Positions 37,179 to 53,900 of a stretch of 64,000 bases of DNA are shown one piece after another (the first letter of the stretch is position 1; each line of letters opens with the position of its first letter). Where the stretch lies: assembly GCA_900088475.1 (NCBI GenBank), contig FLMG01000135.1, positions 124,001 through 188,000 on the forward strand, read 5' to 3'. The notes below the pieces were generated by a model. That model did no database searches. It saw only the letters and a list, made by a program, of their open reading frames with translations, and was not told the origin of the DNA. Source of the stretch: Hyphochytrium catenoides. Lineage: Eukaryota; Protista; Hyphochytriomycota. A program made the translations under genes and the position numbers.

Positions 37179-38241
37179 GTACCCTATCTTCGGCCAAGGG
37201 AGTGGTAGGAGTAGTGGCTAGTTCTTCTTTACGCAGTGCCGCGCCTCTTCTTCTACCTTCTGGATGCAGTCACTCTTTCGGTTCGAACAGCTAAAGAGGA
37301 ATGTAGATAATGTATCTGTCGCTTTCTACATCTAGCTCTGGCTCTTGGCCTTCGTTTTCCACTTCGTGGCACATCACTGAACGTGCTCACTTACAGAATG
37401 AAAGACTATGATTCAAAAAAGCAAGAAACATCATCATCTCATAATTGCTTAGTGTGCCCAACCTTATCTTTTGTTCGTACTATGACTTCTAGTGTGATGG
37501 CTGATAGGGCTAGGCGCAGCTCCGCTTCCTTTTTCTCTCGTTGTCCGCTTCAGTAGCCGGGCAAGCGTTGCTATGGACAGCTTTTAATATTTCGTAAGTA
37601 TGATGTACTATTATTATGCTCGAAGCTCTTCTTGTCATTTTTTCTTTAGAACGTCGTTCCTCGTCTAGCATTGTTACCTCCAAATGTTGGCTGCCACCGC
37701 CAGTGGTAGGAAGATGGCCAAGAAGAGGTAGTAGTTTTGCCACGATAGTTGTCTCTTTATCTTTGTGTACAGCATGTGTCTTCGTTCACTCTGTTGGCTT
37801 CTTGTTTATATTCCTTCTTCCATCAGTGGAGCGAGTGGAGCGGATGATGCCCTTTCGAGGTCAGTCTTTGCTTGTTGTACAAGGGTAATAATGAGGTTAT
37901 CGTTCAGGTTTCCCCCCGGAGCCGCGGTGATGATCTTCCTCCTCAGACGACGATGCGAATCCTCCCATCATTTTTCTCTGCCAAATAGACGAGTTGGAGT
38001 GTGAACGTAAGCTTCGTGGCTTCTGAGTGCCTGCTAATCCTTAGTCAAACTTCATTTTCTCAAGCAGAAGTGACACTCTATGCGGCTAGTAGTGTGATAC
38101 CTAAGACTACCATGAAGTCTTCTCTCTGGCCCCTCGGCATGCGACAGTGGTCCGAGAAGAAACTTGACTGGGACAGGCGTTGAAGCAAAGCCACAAGCTC
38201 TGGCTGGCAGGAGTGCCGGGAAGCACAGGCACTGTGTAAAG

Positions 38242-41200
38242 ATGAACGTGCCAACGTCAAACTCTGCTGTTTCTGAAAGGGACACTCCCCAGGACCACAG
38301 TCAGACAACTATGTCGCCGGAACTGCAAGAGCCTGCCGGTGCGGAAGCCCCTGAAGCCAGTGTCCGTGGTCCTCAGCATGGGCGGATAGCGTATCAAGGT
38401 GAGGCCCTTAGCAAACTGGTGCTTCTGCTGGAGCTAATGAGGTGTTCCATGTAGGAATGGATCTGAAAGCTGCATGTCTAGCACAGGACTTTCCAGTCGT
38501 TGTCTTACTTTGGGGAATGGCCACCGCTTCAAAGTATGCCTCCTGTCCCACACAGGTTCACTGCCCCGATTCACGGTCTTAACGTTGTAGGACTGACCTC
38601 ATGGTATCGGACGGGGACGGCAACAGCCCTTTTCATTATGCTGCTGTGGGAGGTTCTCTGGCAATATTGGATTTCTTCGCGCAATGCGTAAACTTCAATC
38701 CTAAGCCACTCAACCAACAAAATGAATGCGGCGAGACCCCTCTCATGTACAGTTCCCTCCATGGCACCCTCTATCCCACCTACTGTTCTGATTCCTAACA
38801 GTAAACCTTGTTGACTTTCTCCTCTCTCAGTTCCCTCGTTACAAAATCTCTCCGTCTTCTTTTGCACTCCTTCCCTATTCCGCCTTTTCTCACTCTTTAG
38901 ACTTCTTGCTCTATCACGTGCTGATCCTCGCCTTCTTTGTTATAGGTGGGCAGGAGCTGCAGGCAATTTGGAAGTTGCTCATGCCCTCATCTTTAATGGA
39001 GCAAACCTCTTTTTGAAAGACAAGAATGGGAACACGGCCATACATCACGCCGCAAGGCACGGGAGACTTTGGGTTCTTCATTACCTATTAGAGAAGGAAG
39101 AGGAATACTGTCAACGGGCCCTGGAAAAGGGAAGAGCTTCCGGACTGGATGTAAGAAACATTAGTGGAAGTGGGTGCTATCTAATGTGTCTTGACAGTGA
39201 AGCTTTTCTAATCCGTCTTCACCGTTAGTGTTGTCTCCTGCTCCATGATGGTCCTCCCTCAACGCGTCGCTTTTGTGAACGCCCTCGGTCCGCTGTATCT
39301 GATCACAGTCGTTTACACTCGCCCTTCTCACCAACCAAGTAGGTTAGTAAGAAACTGCAGCCCAATAGAATGGGTTCCACCGACAACAACGGAAACACTG
39401 TTCTGCACTGGGCGGCTTTTGGAGGTATGTACTCCAGGTCAATCAACGTGGTGTTCCCTTTGGCTTTTAAGTCTTGTTTTATTATCATTCTTTACTGTCT
39501 TACCATTCAATGCAAGAGTAACGCTAATCTTCGCATCGTGCAGGTGCGGTGGAAGTGGTCTCTTACCTGGTGGAGCACCGTGGAGTGAATCTAGAAGTGG
39601 CAAATAATTTGGTACCTTAGACTTCAGGCGACCAGATCTGGTTGTGGAGTTCTTTTAATATCTGTCATATAGGATCAGACGGCGCTTCACTTCTCAGTGC
39701 AAAGGGCCCAAGTTGAAGCTAGCCGCTTCCTCTTGAGTAAAGGGAGTGAGCCCGACTTGGCCGATATAAAGGGGACTTCGCCAAGAGAAATGGCTCTGAA
39801 GACAGGGTGAGTGCATCTGGACACTTGGGAGAGAAGTGGATTCTACAAAGGCTTAGGAGGCTCCTGCATAAGGCTAACTCACATTAATAGGGATCAGGTA
39901 CTCGCTAGCATTTTCGCGGCCCCTCGACCCTCAGAAAGCTTCTGGGAGAGAAAGGGACAGAAGACCGATGTTGGCAGGATGCTGAAATCGTCGATGTGGA
40001 CTGCTCTCGTGTTCGTGACCTCGTTCTTCCTTCCTCCCTATGCCTGGGTGCTGGCAGCTATGGGTATTCTTTTCCTTTTATTAAGGAGTACTATATTTAT
40101 TAAACACTCTCACGGTCCGAAGGTACGAACCCTTGCTTCTAGCTCCTAACTTAAGGAACCTGTAGACTCTTTATACTTTCGCTTTTTGCTGCGGGGTCTG
40201 TATGACTGTTGACAATTCGCTCTGTCTGTGGTACGTTATCAGACACCAGAAGCCCCAGAAATGCATTCCAACATCCAAATAGATCGAGTGCTTGAAAAAG
40301 AAAAACCTTGCTGTCAGAGCAAGATGAACCTCGCAAATCTAACGAAGGCAAAAGATGAGCGTATCGTAGGGATCTGGCTAGGGTCAGTCCTTTATGCGTC
40401 CATCCTCACGGTCTACCTCTTCATCGAGAGAGTATCTCGGCCTTCGACAGTCACGAAGTCATCGTCTTCTCATCTCTTAGGAGTAACCCAACGTGTGGAG
40501 TTCTCCACATCCTTCATCCCGTCATCCGTCCTTTGCTGGTTGCTCATGTTTCTCACGCTGGCCACTTGGGTTCCTCTGACTGTGTTAAACAAAGATCCGG
40601 GGCTTATCAAAACAGCCGATAGAGACTTGCCTAGGATGCTGGAGCGTGCCAAGGCGGGACTTCCACAGTTGCCAGAATACTGCACAACGTGTAAGGTGGG
40701 AGAAGTTTAGGTGCATCCTATGGTTCAGATGTATTATCATAGGTAGCCCATTCTTTCCTCTCTTATTTTAAACCATCATTCTTTCTTCGCCGTCGTTCAC
40801 CTTCCGTCACAAGTTTGACCCTCTCGCATCCAGCCTTCTTCTAGGTCCGTTTCTGCATTGTTGGTGCTAAAATTGTTAAGCGCAGGTTAGGAAGCCGCTG
40901 AGGGCCAAGCATTGCCGGTTCACTGGTGGCTGTGTAGCCCGCTACGACCACTGGTGTAGGTTTCTTACCTGTTTCTGAGCGAATGCAATCACCTAACCTC
41001 ACGGCAAACCTGCGCTCCCCCTCGCCTCGTTTAACACTTTGCCCCTACTGCCCAATTTGCCTGCTACCAAAGGCGTATGGATAAACAACACGGTAGGCTA
41101 TGGCAACCATTCCCTCTTCCTCATCTTCTTAGGCCTCCAGGTAACCAGCATCTGGTGCATCGTTCTTCTTCTGAGCACTGGTAAGTAGGCGTTATAGTTT

Positions 41201-41931
41201 TAAGGTGTGAGAAAGATTGACCATAAGGTCAGGATGGCATTCTTGTGTTGACTGGGCTTTCCTACTGTTATAGTGCTCGTAGATGAACTCGAGGGGCAAA
41301 ATTGGTGTGCCAAGCTGGAGTTGCTCTATGGTCCTCTTTACCCAGTTGTGCACTTCCTACTATTTTGTCTGCTGGCCGTCCTATGGTTGTCTACCCTGCT
41401 TTATACGCAGGTGAAGGGAGCAGTAAGTCTTAGCTCGCTATCTAATTTCTTTGACGGTTGCAGCGTGCCTTCTCCATCTTCTATGCTACGATAGAGAGGT
41501 TCGACTTGGCACGACGCCTTTCCTATTTCTTCATCGCTAGAGATCCTAGTAGGTCCATTCTCTCTTCGGCCTACGTCGTGCCTTTCTTGGCCGTTGCCTT
41601 ACCCTTGTTATCCTCCTTCTATCGTTTTATATTTGCAGGCCCAAAATCTTACAATGAATGAAGCTACGCATTGGAAAAGGCTGTCCTATTTGAACAAGGA
41701 TGGCATTCTGCGGAATCCATTCAATAAAGGTGACGGAAGACATCATTAACCCCAACGAAGGATGTGCTAAACCTCACCATACTTCCAGGCGTAATGGCCA
41801 ACCTGATGGAGCTGTTCGGATTAGACAAGAGCATTAACTACTTCGAGACGTACGAATTGCCGCACGGTGCTGACGATGCCGCGGATCAATGCGAAGATCA
41901 TGACTATTTACTGGGCAATGCAGAGGTTTAG
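38242..41931 (+). CDS. Ankyrin-repeat DHHC-family palmitoyltransferase (Akr1/ZDHHC13/17-like) with DHWC variant
   Basis: Ankyrin repeats (DGNSPFHYAA, NGNTAIHHAA, NGNTVLHWAA, QTALHFS), TM helices, DPG, [16 protein letters not shown]...[30 protein letters not shown]..NL. Stop TAG at 41929-41931. Confidence 0.92.
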
Positions 41932-43149
41932 GTTGAACCTAGCGCCATGTCAAAATTTTAGAAGCATACGCAGGCTTTCTCCACCTATTGATGTGCTAAT
42001 AGCAGAGATATCTTTCAGAAACCATGGCAAAGGTGAAAGTAGCCTTGCAGAAGAGTATTGCCGAGGCTTGGCTGACTCCAGCGTCACCTCCGCTACGTCC
42101 GGCTAGCAGATCTTGGGTCCTCATAAATGTCAGAACCAACATGGATATCGCTGACCTTTTTGGGACTCATTGATTCATCCAATGTCTTCAGCAGCTATGT
42201 CGAGCCCTTCTCCATCGTCATCATTGGAGGAAGAACAAAAAGGCGGAGGCCCGGAAAGCTTTTAAAGTGCACCAAACTGAAGGTGGTCATTGGTTGCTCC
42301 CATACTTTGGCAGGTGCCATGAAGGAGTCCGTTCCATCATCGCTTCGCTTCTATATCGTCATAACATCGCCTGGCCCAGCAGCAGCTTGCCTGGCCCTTG
42401 GCCGTCTTCTTGAGGCGGCTGGCGGCTGGTACATAAGGAGGAGCTCGAGACTCTTTGCCCAGAAACAGCGAACATGTTGAAGTTCAAAGGTTCAGCCTTT
42501 GTAAGGATTCCACAGACGAAACGAAATATTAAGCAGCATAAAGGCTATAATCTGTAACATGAAAGTTCCCAACTTGGAAGCTTTCGCATCGCGAACACCA
42601 GCGCAGACTCACAAAAGGCCATTGACCTCCTCCTCTCCGCTTCCCTTCTACTTGTTGCTTGCCTGACTCATGCTAAGGCGCGGCTTGCCACCTGCACTGC
42701 ACTGCGCTGTGCATCATGCTGAGCTTCCATTGCAAGCTCTCTCCTCTCTTTCCTCCCTGCGCTCGGGGCGCCTACACCATACCACTATGAAGGGTGGGAG
42801 GATTGGTGTGGCGGACAATCCAGTAGCGCCATTGTGGCCACACTGGTCATGTCCCAGCCTATGCCGCAGCAGATCCTCCAGTGTCCGCTCCTCGACCCAG
42901 TTCACTCCTCTGATCCCTCTTCTGATGATGGTAAAGAAGGATGGAGAACAATGAAGAGATCGAGCGAGACCCCTCCTCCACCCACAGGATAATCCAACCC
43001 GTTTCCTCTTTTCTAGGAAGCGGCGAACCTTATCGAACTGCTTCCGCTTACTTAAACTCATTCACCTGAACAAGTACACGCCAGGTCCTCCTGGCATTGG
43101 CGCCCATCTTGATTTAGACATAGCGTCCTCGACCTTTCTACTCCCATTT

Positions 43150-43168
43150 TATATAAAGTTATATAAAG
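43150..43168 (+). promoter_or_regulatory. Tandem TATATAAAG (possible TATA boxes) upstream of the DUF1206 gene
   Basis: TATATAAAGTTATATAAAG lies about 245 bp upstream of the ATG at 43413. Function is not demonstrated. Confidence 0.25.
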
Positions 43169-43412
43169 AGAGCAAGCACCAATTGTGTTCATCAGCTGCT
43201 TCCGATTGCATGCTTACAGAAACTGGAGCCGGCAATGTTCCGGGGAGCGGTGAAGTTTAAGCTGTGAAGAGTGTCAGGTCATTTACCTTCTGGAAGAGAC
43301 GAGTCCAGCTGCGCGTAGCTGTTGAACCTCAAAGTTGGTGCGGCCCTATCTTTAACTAGACCATAACAACAATTGAAGCAGCGCCAAGCAGCGCTTAAGG
43401 CGAAGGAGTAAC

Positions 43413-44576
43413 ATGACTCTTAAGGGCGTGCTGCACACTTGGCGTGAAAGGATTTGCCCTCTGCAAAGCAGACGCGCTAAAGCGGGAAAGACGCTGGGAT
43501 GGCTCTTCTTTCGACCTCATCATCTCTCACAGCGTTCAGAGCGCGCTCTAGCTGTTCTGGGTCGAATTGGATGGTTCTTCAAGGCGCTGATATACAGCGT
43601 TATTGGTGGTCTGGCTTGTGACAGCATCACGCTGGACAAGCCTCACAATCAGTCTCCACAGGGGGTCTTCATCTTCGTGTCTTCTGGAGCTGAGGGCGTT
43701 GGAGTGCTTTTCCTCATAATCGTTCTCGTGGGCGTCCTCATGTATGCATTCTGGAGAATCGTGGAGGGCCTTGTGTGGCAAGGTTACACCCAAGACTTCA
43801 GCAAGAAGAAGAACTTCTTTAGATACAGGCTCTCGCCTTTGGTGAGCGGAGGAGTCTATCTCGCGTACGCATACGGAATTATCCAGATGTTGAAAAGAAG
43901 AGGAAACGGAGAAGATGCCGAACAGGCAGCTCATGAGCAAAACAGCAAGGGCTGCTTTCCCAGATGCTGGCGCGACACCGGGATCGGCATTTTTGGTCTC
44001 TTCGTACTGTCCCTAGCACTTTTCTGCGCCTTTATCTCACAGATCATTCCAATGTATACGGGCCACTTTATGCAAGAGATGGTGGAAAGCATCTACGATA
44101 AGAAGCAGCGATGGGCATTCTACTTAGTGCAATACACAGGGAGGGTGGGATTCTTTGGCCGAGCGTTGATGTTCTTGTTGATTTCCATCACCTTCGTTAG
44201 GGCAATGACGTCAGATCCCATTAAAGAAGACTCTGACATGGATACCTTCGGTCAAGCTCTGGACCATTGGCGGCGGTACACACTGGGGAAGATAGCCCTG
44301 TTTATAATGGGATTCTGCCTTGTGGTCTATGGCCTCTTTGCTCTGCTGTGCATTAGGTACAAGCGATTTCCCACCAGGTGGCTTGTAGAGCCTCCCAACA
44401 ATTCTTCGGGCGAATACGATGAAGAAAGTGGCCGTGTGACGTCAGTGATGGAGAGTGGAGCTGCGGATTCAGAGGACAATGATGAGCCCAAGACCACGGT
44501 ACCTTTCTCACCTTTGCACACTCCCTCATCGCCATCAACTACAGAACAGGATGTCTACGTTGTGCCGCAAAAGTAG
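43413..44576 (+). CDS. Intronless multi-pass membrane protein, DUF1206 family
   Basis: Repeated units GRIGWFFKALIYSVIGGLA..QGVF..GVLMYAFWRI and GRVGFFGRALMFLLI..GQALDHW..GKIAL..GFCLVVYGLF match the DUF1206 pattern. About 6-7 hydrophobic helices. Confidence 0.8.
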   Translation: MTLKGVLHTWRERICPLQSRRAKAGKTLGWLFFRPHHLSQRSERALAVLGRIGWFFKALIYSVIGGLACDSITLDKPHNQSPQGVFIFVSSGAEGVGVLFLIIVLVGVLMYAFWRIVEGLVWQGYTQDFSKKKNFFRYRLSPLVSGGVYLAYAYGIIQMLKRRGNGEDAEQAAHEQNSKGCFPRCWRDTGIGIFGLFVLSLALFCAFISQIIPMYTGHFMQEMVESIYDKKQRWAFYLVQYTGRVGFFGRALMFLLISITFVRAMTSDPIKEDSDMDTFGQALDHWRRYTLGKIALFIMGFCLVVYGLFALLCIRYKRFPTRWLVEPPNNSSGEYDEESGRVTSVMESGAADSEDNDEPKTTVPFSPLHTPSSPSTTEQDVYVVPQK

Positions 44577-45671
44577 CTATAGAGTTAATACTCCCGTCCT
44601 CAAATTTCTGCTATGTTTCCGGGTAATTATAGAGTATATTGTCACCTGGTGGCGTCTATTGAGATACTGATGAAGTTGAAAGCTGTTTGACCCAGTTAGG
44701 ATCTGAGCCCTCAAACTTAAAAGTCTTACTTAATGCGCGAAGAGTCAATCCTCACTACTCTGAGAGGGGCATCGAGAGGAACCTTTTGTTCTACCATGTG
44801 CGAGCAATCCGATGACAGTNNNNNNNNNNNNNNNNNNNNNNNNNNNNNNNNNNNNNNNNNNAGTCGAAATGGGGCCCTTCTCTAGGTCTCTATATAAGAT
44901 TACCTGGTCTTTCCTTTGACTTGGCAAAAAGTATCGAAGATCAGCTGCCCCCTTCTTGAGATGCGCTCGGAAGAAAGCCAGAGCCAACAATTAACGAAGA
45001 GTCACGAGCTCCTCATCATCGCCCCTCCTACCTCGTACGACTGTACTGAAACAACGAAGATTTCTCTATTTTGGCTGATGAGATCTCTGAAAGATGATGA
45101 GCAAGAAATACATCATGAGGCCGTTAGCGGCTAGTCGTAGCTCTTGGGTTCTTGTGGCCTCAAGTTGCCCATCACCGGCGGGTGGGAGAGCTGGGTAGTG
45201 AGGAGTCACATACTATTACGGCGAGGGTGGATGGGAATGAGGAAAACCAGATGGTCCCCAGGATCTTTCTGGTTCCAAGGTGTAAGTATATGTCCACTCT
45301 CTTCTCACTGTCTCTCTGTGTCTCTCGTGATTCATGTCTCTCAATTCTCTGTCTCTCCGATTCCTATCTTTTAACTCTCACTTCAATATGTCTCTTTCTC
45401 TGTCTTTTCTCCGTACGTTTGCACTCTTCCTTGGCTGTAATATCTATGGTTACATCTCTTGTCTCAAGGAAGATGTCGATCTGGCTGTCTTCGGATACTA
45501 TCCACCCACCGTCTGTCACAGGATCAGATGCCCAGGAAAGAGCGCCCTAGGCCAGACCCAGAAACTGCTTTGCTCTGATCATTGCCGCGAAGGAGGTACG
45601 AGGCTGACAGAGCTGGATAGTGCAGTGAGAATTTAGACACGAAAAGGACAAAGCGGCTAAGGCAAGGAGCC

Positions 45672-50913
<5,242 letters not shown>

Positions 50914-50971
50914 AAACGTCAACATACTCAAAATCATGCAGTATATGTAATAAATACACTCTGCACTCCAC

Positions 50972-53900
50972 TCAGTTCATTGTGCCCCGACAGGTGGCAG
51001 CACCACAGAAACAAGGAATCTTCTTGTCTTCAATCGGGAACTTGTAGTCGTAGCAGAGCTCTTCGCCCGAAGCGATATCTCTCTTTGCATAAATAATGAT
51101 CTTCTTCTGCCCGCTAACTTCGATAATCTTCGTGTAGCAGTTTGGCTACAGATTGGATGTCAGCAGAGCACTCATCATCCTCACAATCAATAACAGACAA
51201 TTGTGATCCTGGCCTACCTCACAGCTATGATTGACAAATCGAGCGAGAGACCCTTTTTTGGTTGCGTCGATGACAGTATTATCATCGACTCGAAACATGT
51301 AGTCACTTCCTATCTGCTGCCGCGAATAGAGCTTCTCCCGCTTATTAGCCACAGCATTCCCAATGACTTCTCCACTACAGAAGAAGTTAGGCTCGCAACC
51401 GACCGTACTATCAAGCGCAAGACCGCACCGGTACTCCAAGACCATCTCATCCGCCGCAAGAGGCTCCTCCGCAAATACTCCCCAAGCATGAATCTTGCTT
51501 TTCCCTGTGAGAAGAGGTTGTGCACCCTGCGGTCTCAGTAAAGGCTAACAATACAGTGTAACTAGTGGGGAAAAGAGCACCCACCAAATCGCAACTTTTT
51601 TTTCCGAGACTGGAGTTGATTGACCTGAAGTAACGCAGATACCCCTGATAGTCTTCTGCCTGGTTCCTGAAGCCGCCCCAGCGCGAGGTCATGGTCTCTC
51701 CTCATGCGGCGCTAAGATATACAATTTCAGGCATTATTTCCCGGTGGCTCATTTATTATATCTACCTGGGCTTGGCGCTGTGCACGAGAGCTGGCAGTGT
51801 TGGTAGCCGTAGTAACCTGCTTAGAAATAGTGGGCTCCGATTCTTGCCTCGGTTTGGCATCATTGGGACCAGAACGAGAATCTGTCGACTTGGTGGTCAA
51901 GACAGGGGCCTTTTTTGCCAAGTTGTGAAGCTGCTTGCTACAGGAGATAGGTCAGGAAGCCTCATGCCCGAGCCATTTCGCTAACCGGAAGACTTACAGT
52001 CTCGTAGGATCATAAGGGGTCAGCCTTGAGCACTTGAAGCTATTTGGAAGGAACTGAAAGATTGCGTCATCTTGATGTTCTTTTGCGTTGAAGCCGAAGG
52101 GGTCGGTTTCCGTACAATGGGTGCAGGAACCTAACAAAATACAATTGCTCAGACAGCAGAAACGGAAGATAAAAGCACTTCGAGTGGAACGGGCCCATAG
52201 TTGAGAGGTATACTGGATGCTGGCCGTTACCTACCTACAAGACAGTCAGGACACCTGAAGGCAGTGAAGTCGGTGCGATCAAGGTTTAACATCATAGTGG
52301 TGAAGATTGATTGCAGCTTGCTTAGGAGGCCATCGGGCTCTCCCTCGTCAACTCGTGGAAAGCTCTGAGTGCCCCCTTTCATGAGTTTGGGTTTAACGAG
52401 CTGGTAAACCCATTGCCCATCCTTAGAGTTCAGTGCATCAACGTTAGCACAATGTCAGCACTGATATTGATGAGGCCCTTGAAATGTGATTCTACCTGGT
52501 AGCACCACTGTAAGGGGGGGTCGCAGGAAGCTGGAAGAGGAACTCGGCGATGGCTTGTCCATGCGCTTGTCCTGCTCGCTAGCTCCTCTTGAGCAGAAAA
52601 TGCTCGGCACCTTCTGCAGAGCCAGGATGTGGGCTGCAGACAATCGTTGGCTGGGTCTGTTTCAGCTGACTTCAAGGCCTGAGGAGTGCCAAGATAAGCA
52701 TTGGTTGGCCCTGCACAGGCACTTTTTTGTAGCTCATTGTCACTTGGACGAACCACTCCATCCGAGATGGAAATGGAGTGTCCGTTTGTGTGGCCGATAC
52801 CCACCGGAGGGCCCGATTTTGTAGTTTGGCCCGAATAGTCGTTCCCACCACTTTCACCATTCCAAGGTTTTCCTTGGGCCTCTCTGTTCGATACAATGGA
52901 GGTCGTGCAGTGTCCGCCACGGTTAAACAGGCAAGTTAAACAGTGCATGTCCCAGTGGCATAAACTTGCGTAGGCGCCTACCCTATATCGCCGGATGATG
53001 TTGTGGGCAGCTGATCTCCTTGCCGCGGAACATCAAGTAGTGCTTTCCATCTCTTCACCAGGAGCCTGGCTGCTTCGGCCACCTCCAGAGAAAAATGTCG
53101 CTTAAGCTTGGCCACAGTTTTCCCAAGCCCCGATCTCTAGGGGTTGGGATAAACAAGATACGATTAGAGGGTCGCAATGGCAATGGCCATCTTGATTCAT
53201 TGCAAACCTTAAGTTGTCCAAGTGATATATCGTAAGTCGATAACACTTTCAGGGCTTCCCGAAGTCTGTTGGAATACTTAGGGATGACATCAGAACCACT
53301 TCTTCAGCAAATGTGCATCACTGCATCATCACACCCCTTACCTTCTCTCCTGACTTACGAGCAAGCTCTTCTAACTTATCGCGAATTTTCTCTACTGGGT
53401 AATCCAGCTCTTTCGGGCCACTTCCTGCTCCATTCTGTGGTAACCTTTCTTCTTTTGCTTTTAACGAGAGCTGTCCAGTCCCCTTGTCTTTCGATAAGGA
53501 AGCCTTTTTCCATTTTGTGCCGTCTGATAGAGGCCAGAAGAAAAGATATTCGGTGAGCTGACAGGATATATGGAAGCACGGATATTGCGTCAATCTACCT
53601 CCTGAAGCTCCAATGGAGGAACGACGGCGTTTCCGAGATCGCCCATCTACTGTGGTATCACGCCTGGGGGAAGGGCAGCCCGGCGGTACGTCCGAGCTAT
53701 GGCCTTCAGCAATCCGCTCTGGGGGCGAGCATAAGTCACAAACAAAGTTCTTAGGATCTGATTCACGGGGCAAAGATAACCCTGACGTGCTCTTCAGACA
53801 CGACAAATGAAAACGCTCTCCACACTCCGCACATTCCACCTGAGTAAAGTGCAGAGTAAGTTGCCTTAACCAGAGCTAGTGGGACTGAAATGAGGCATAC

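Noticed and set aside
41932-43140. Short ORFs between the DHHC and DUF1206 genes
   Set aside because: No recognisable motifs or consistent splice model. The sequence may be decayed.
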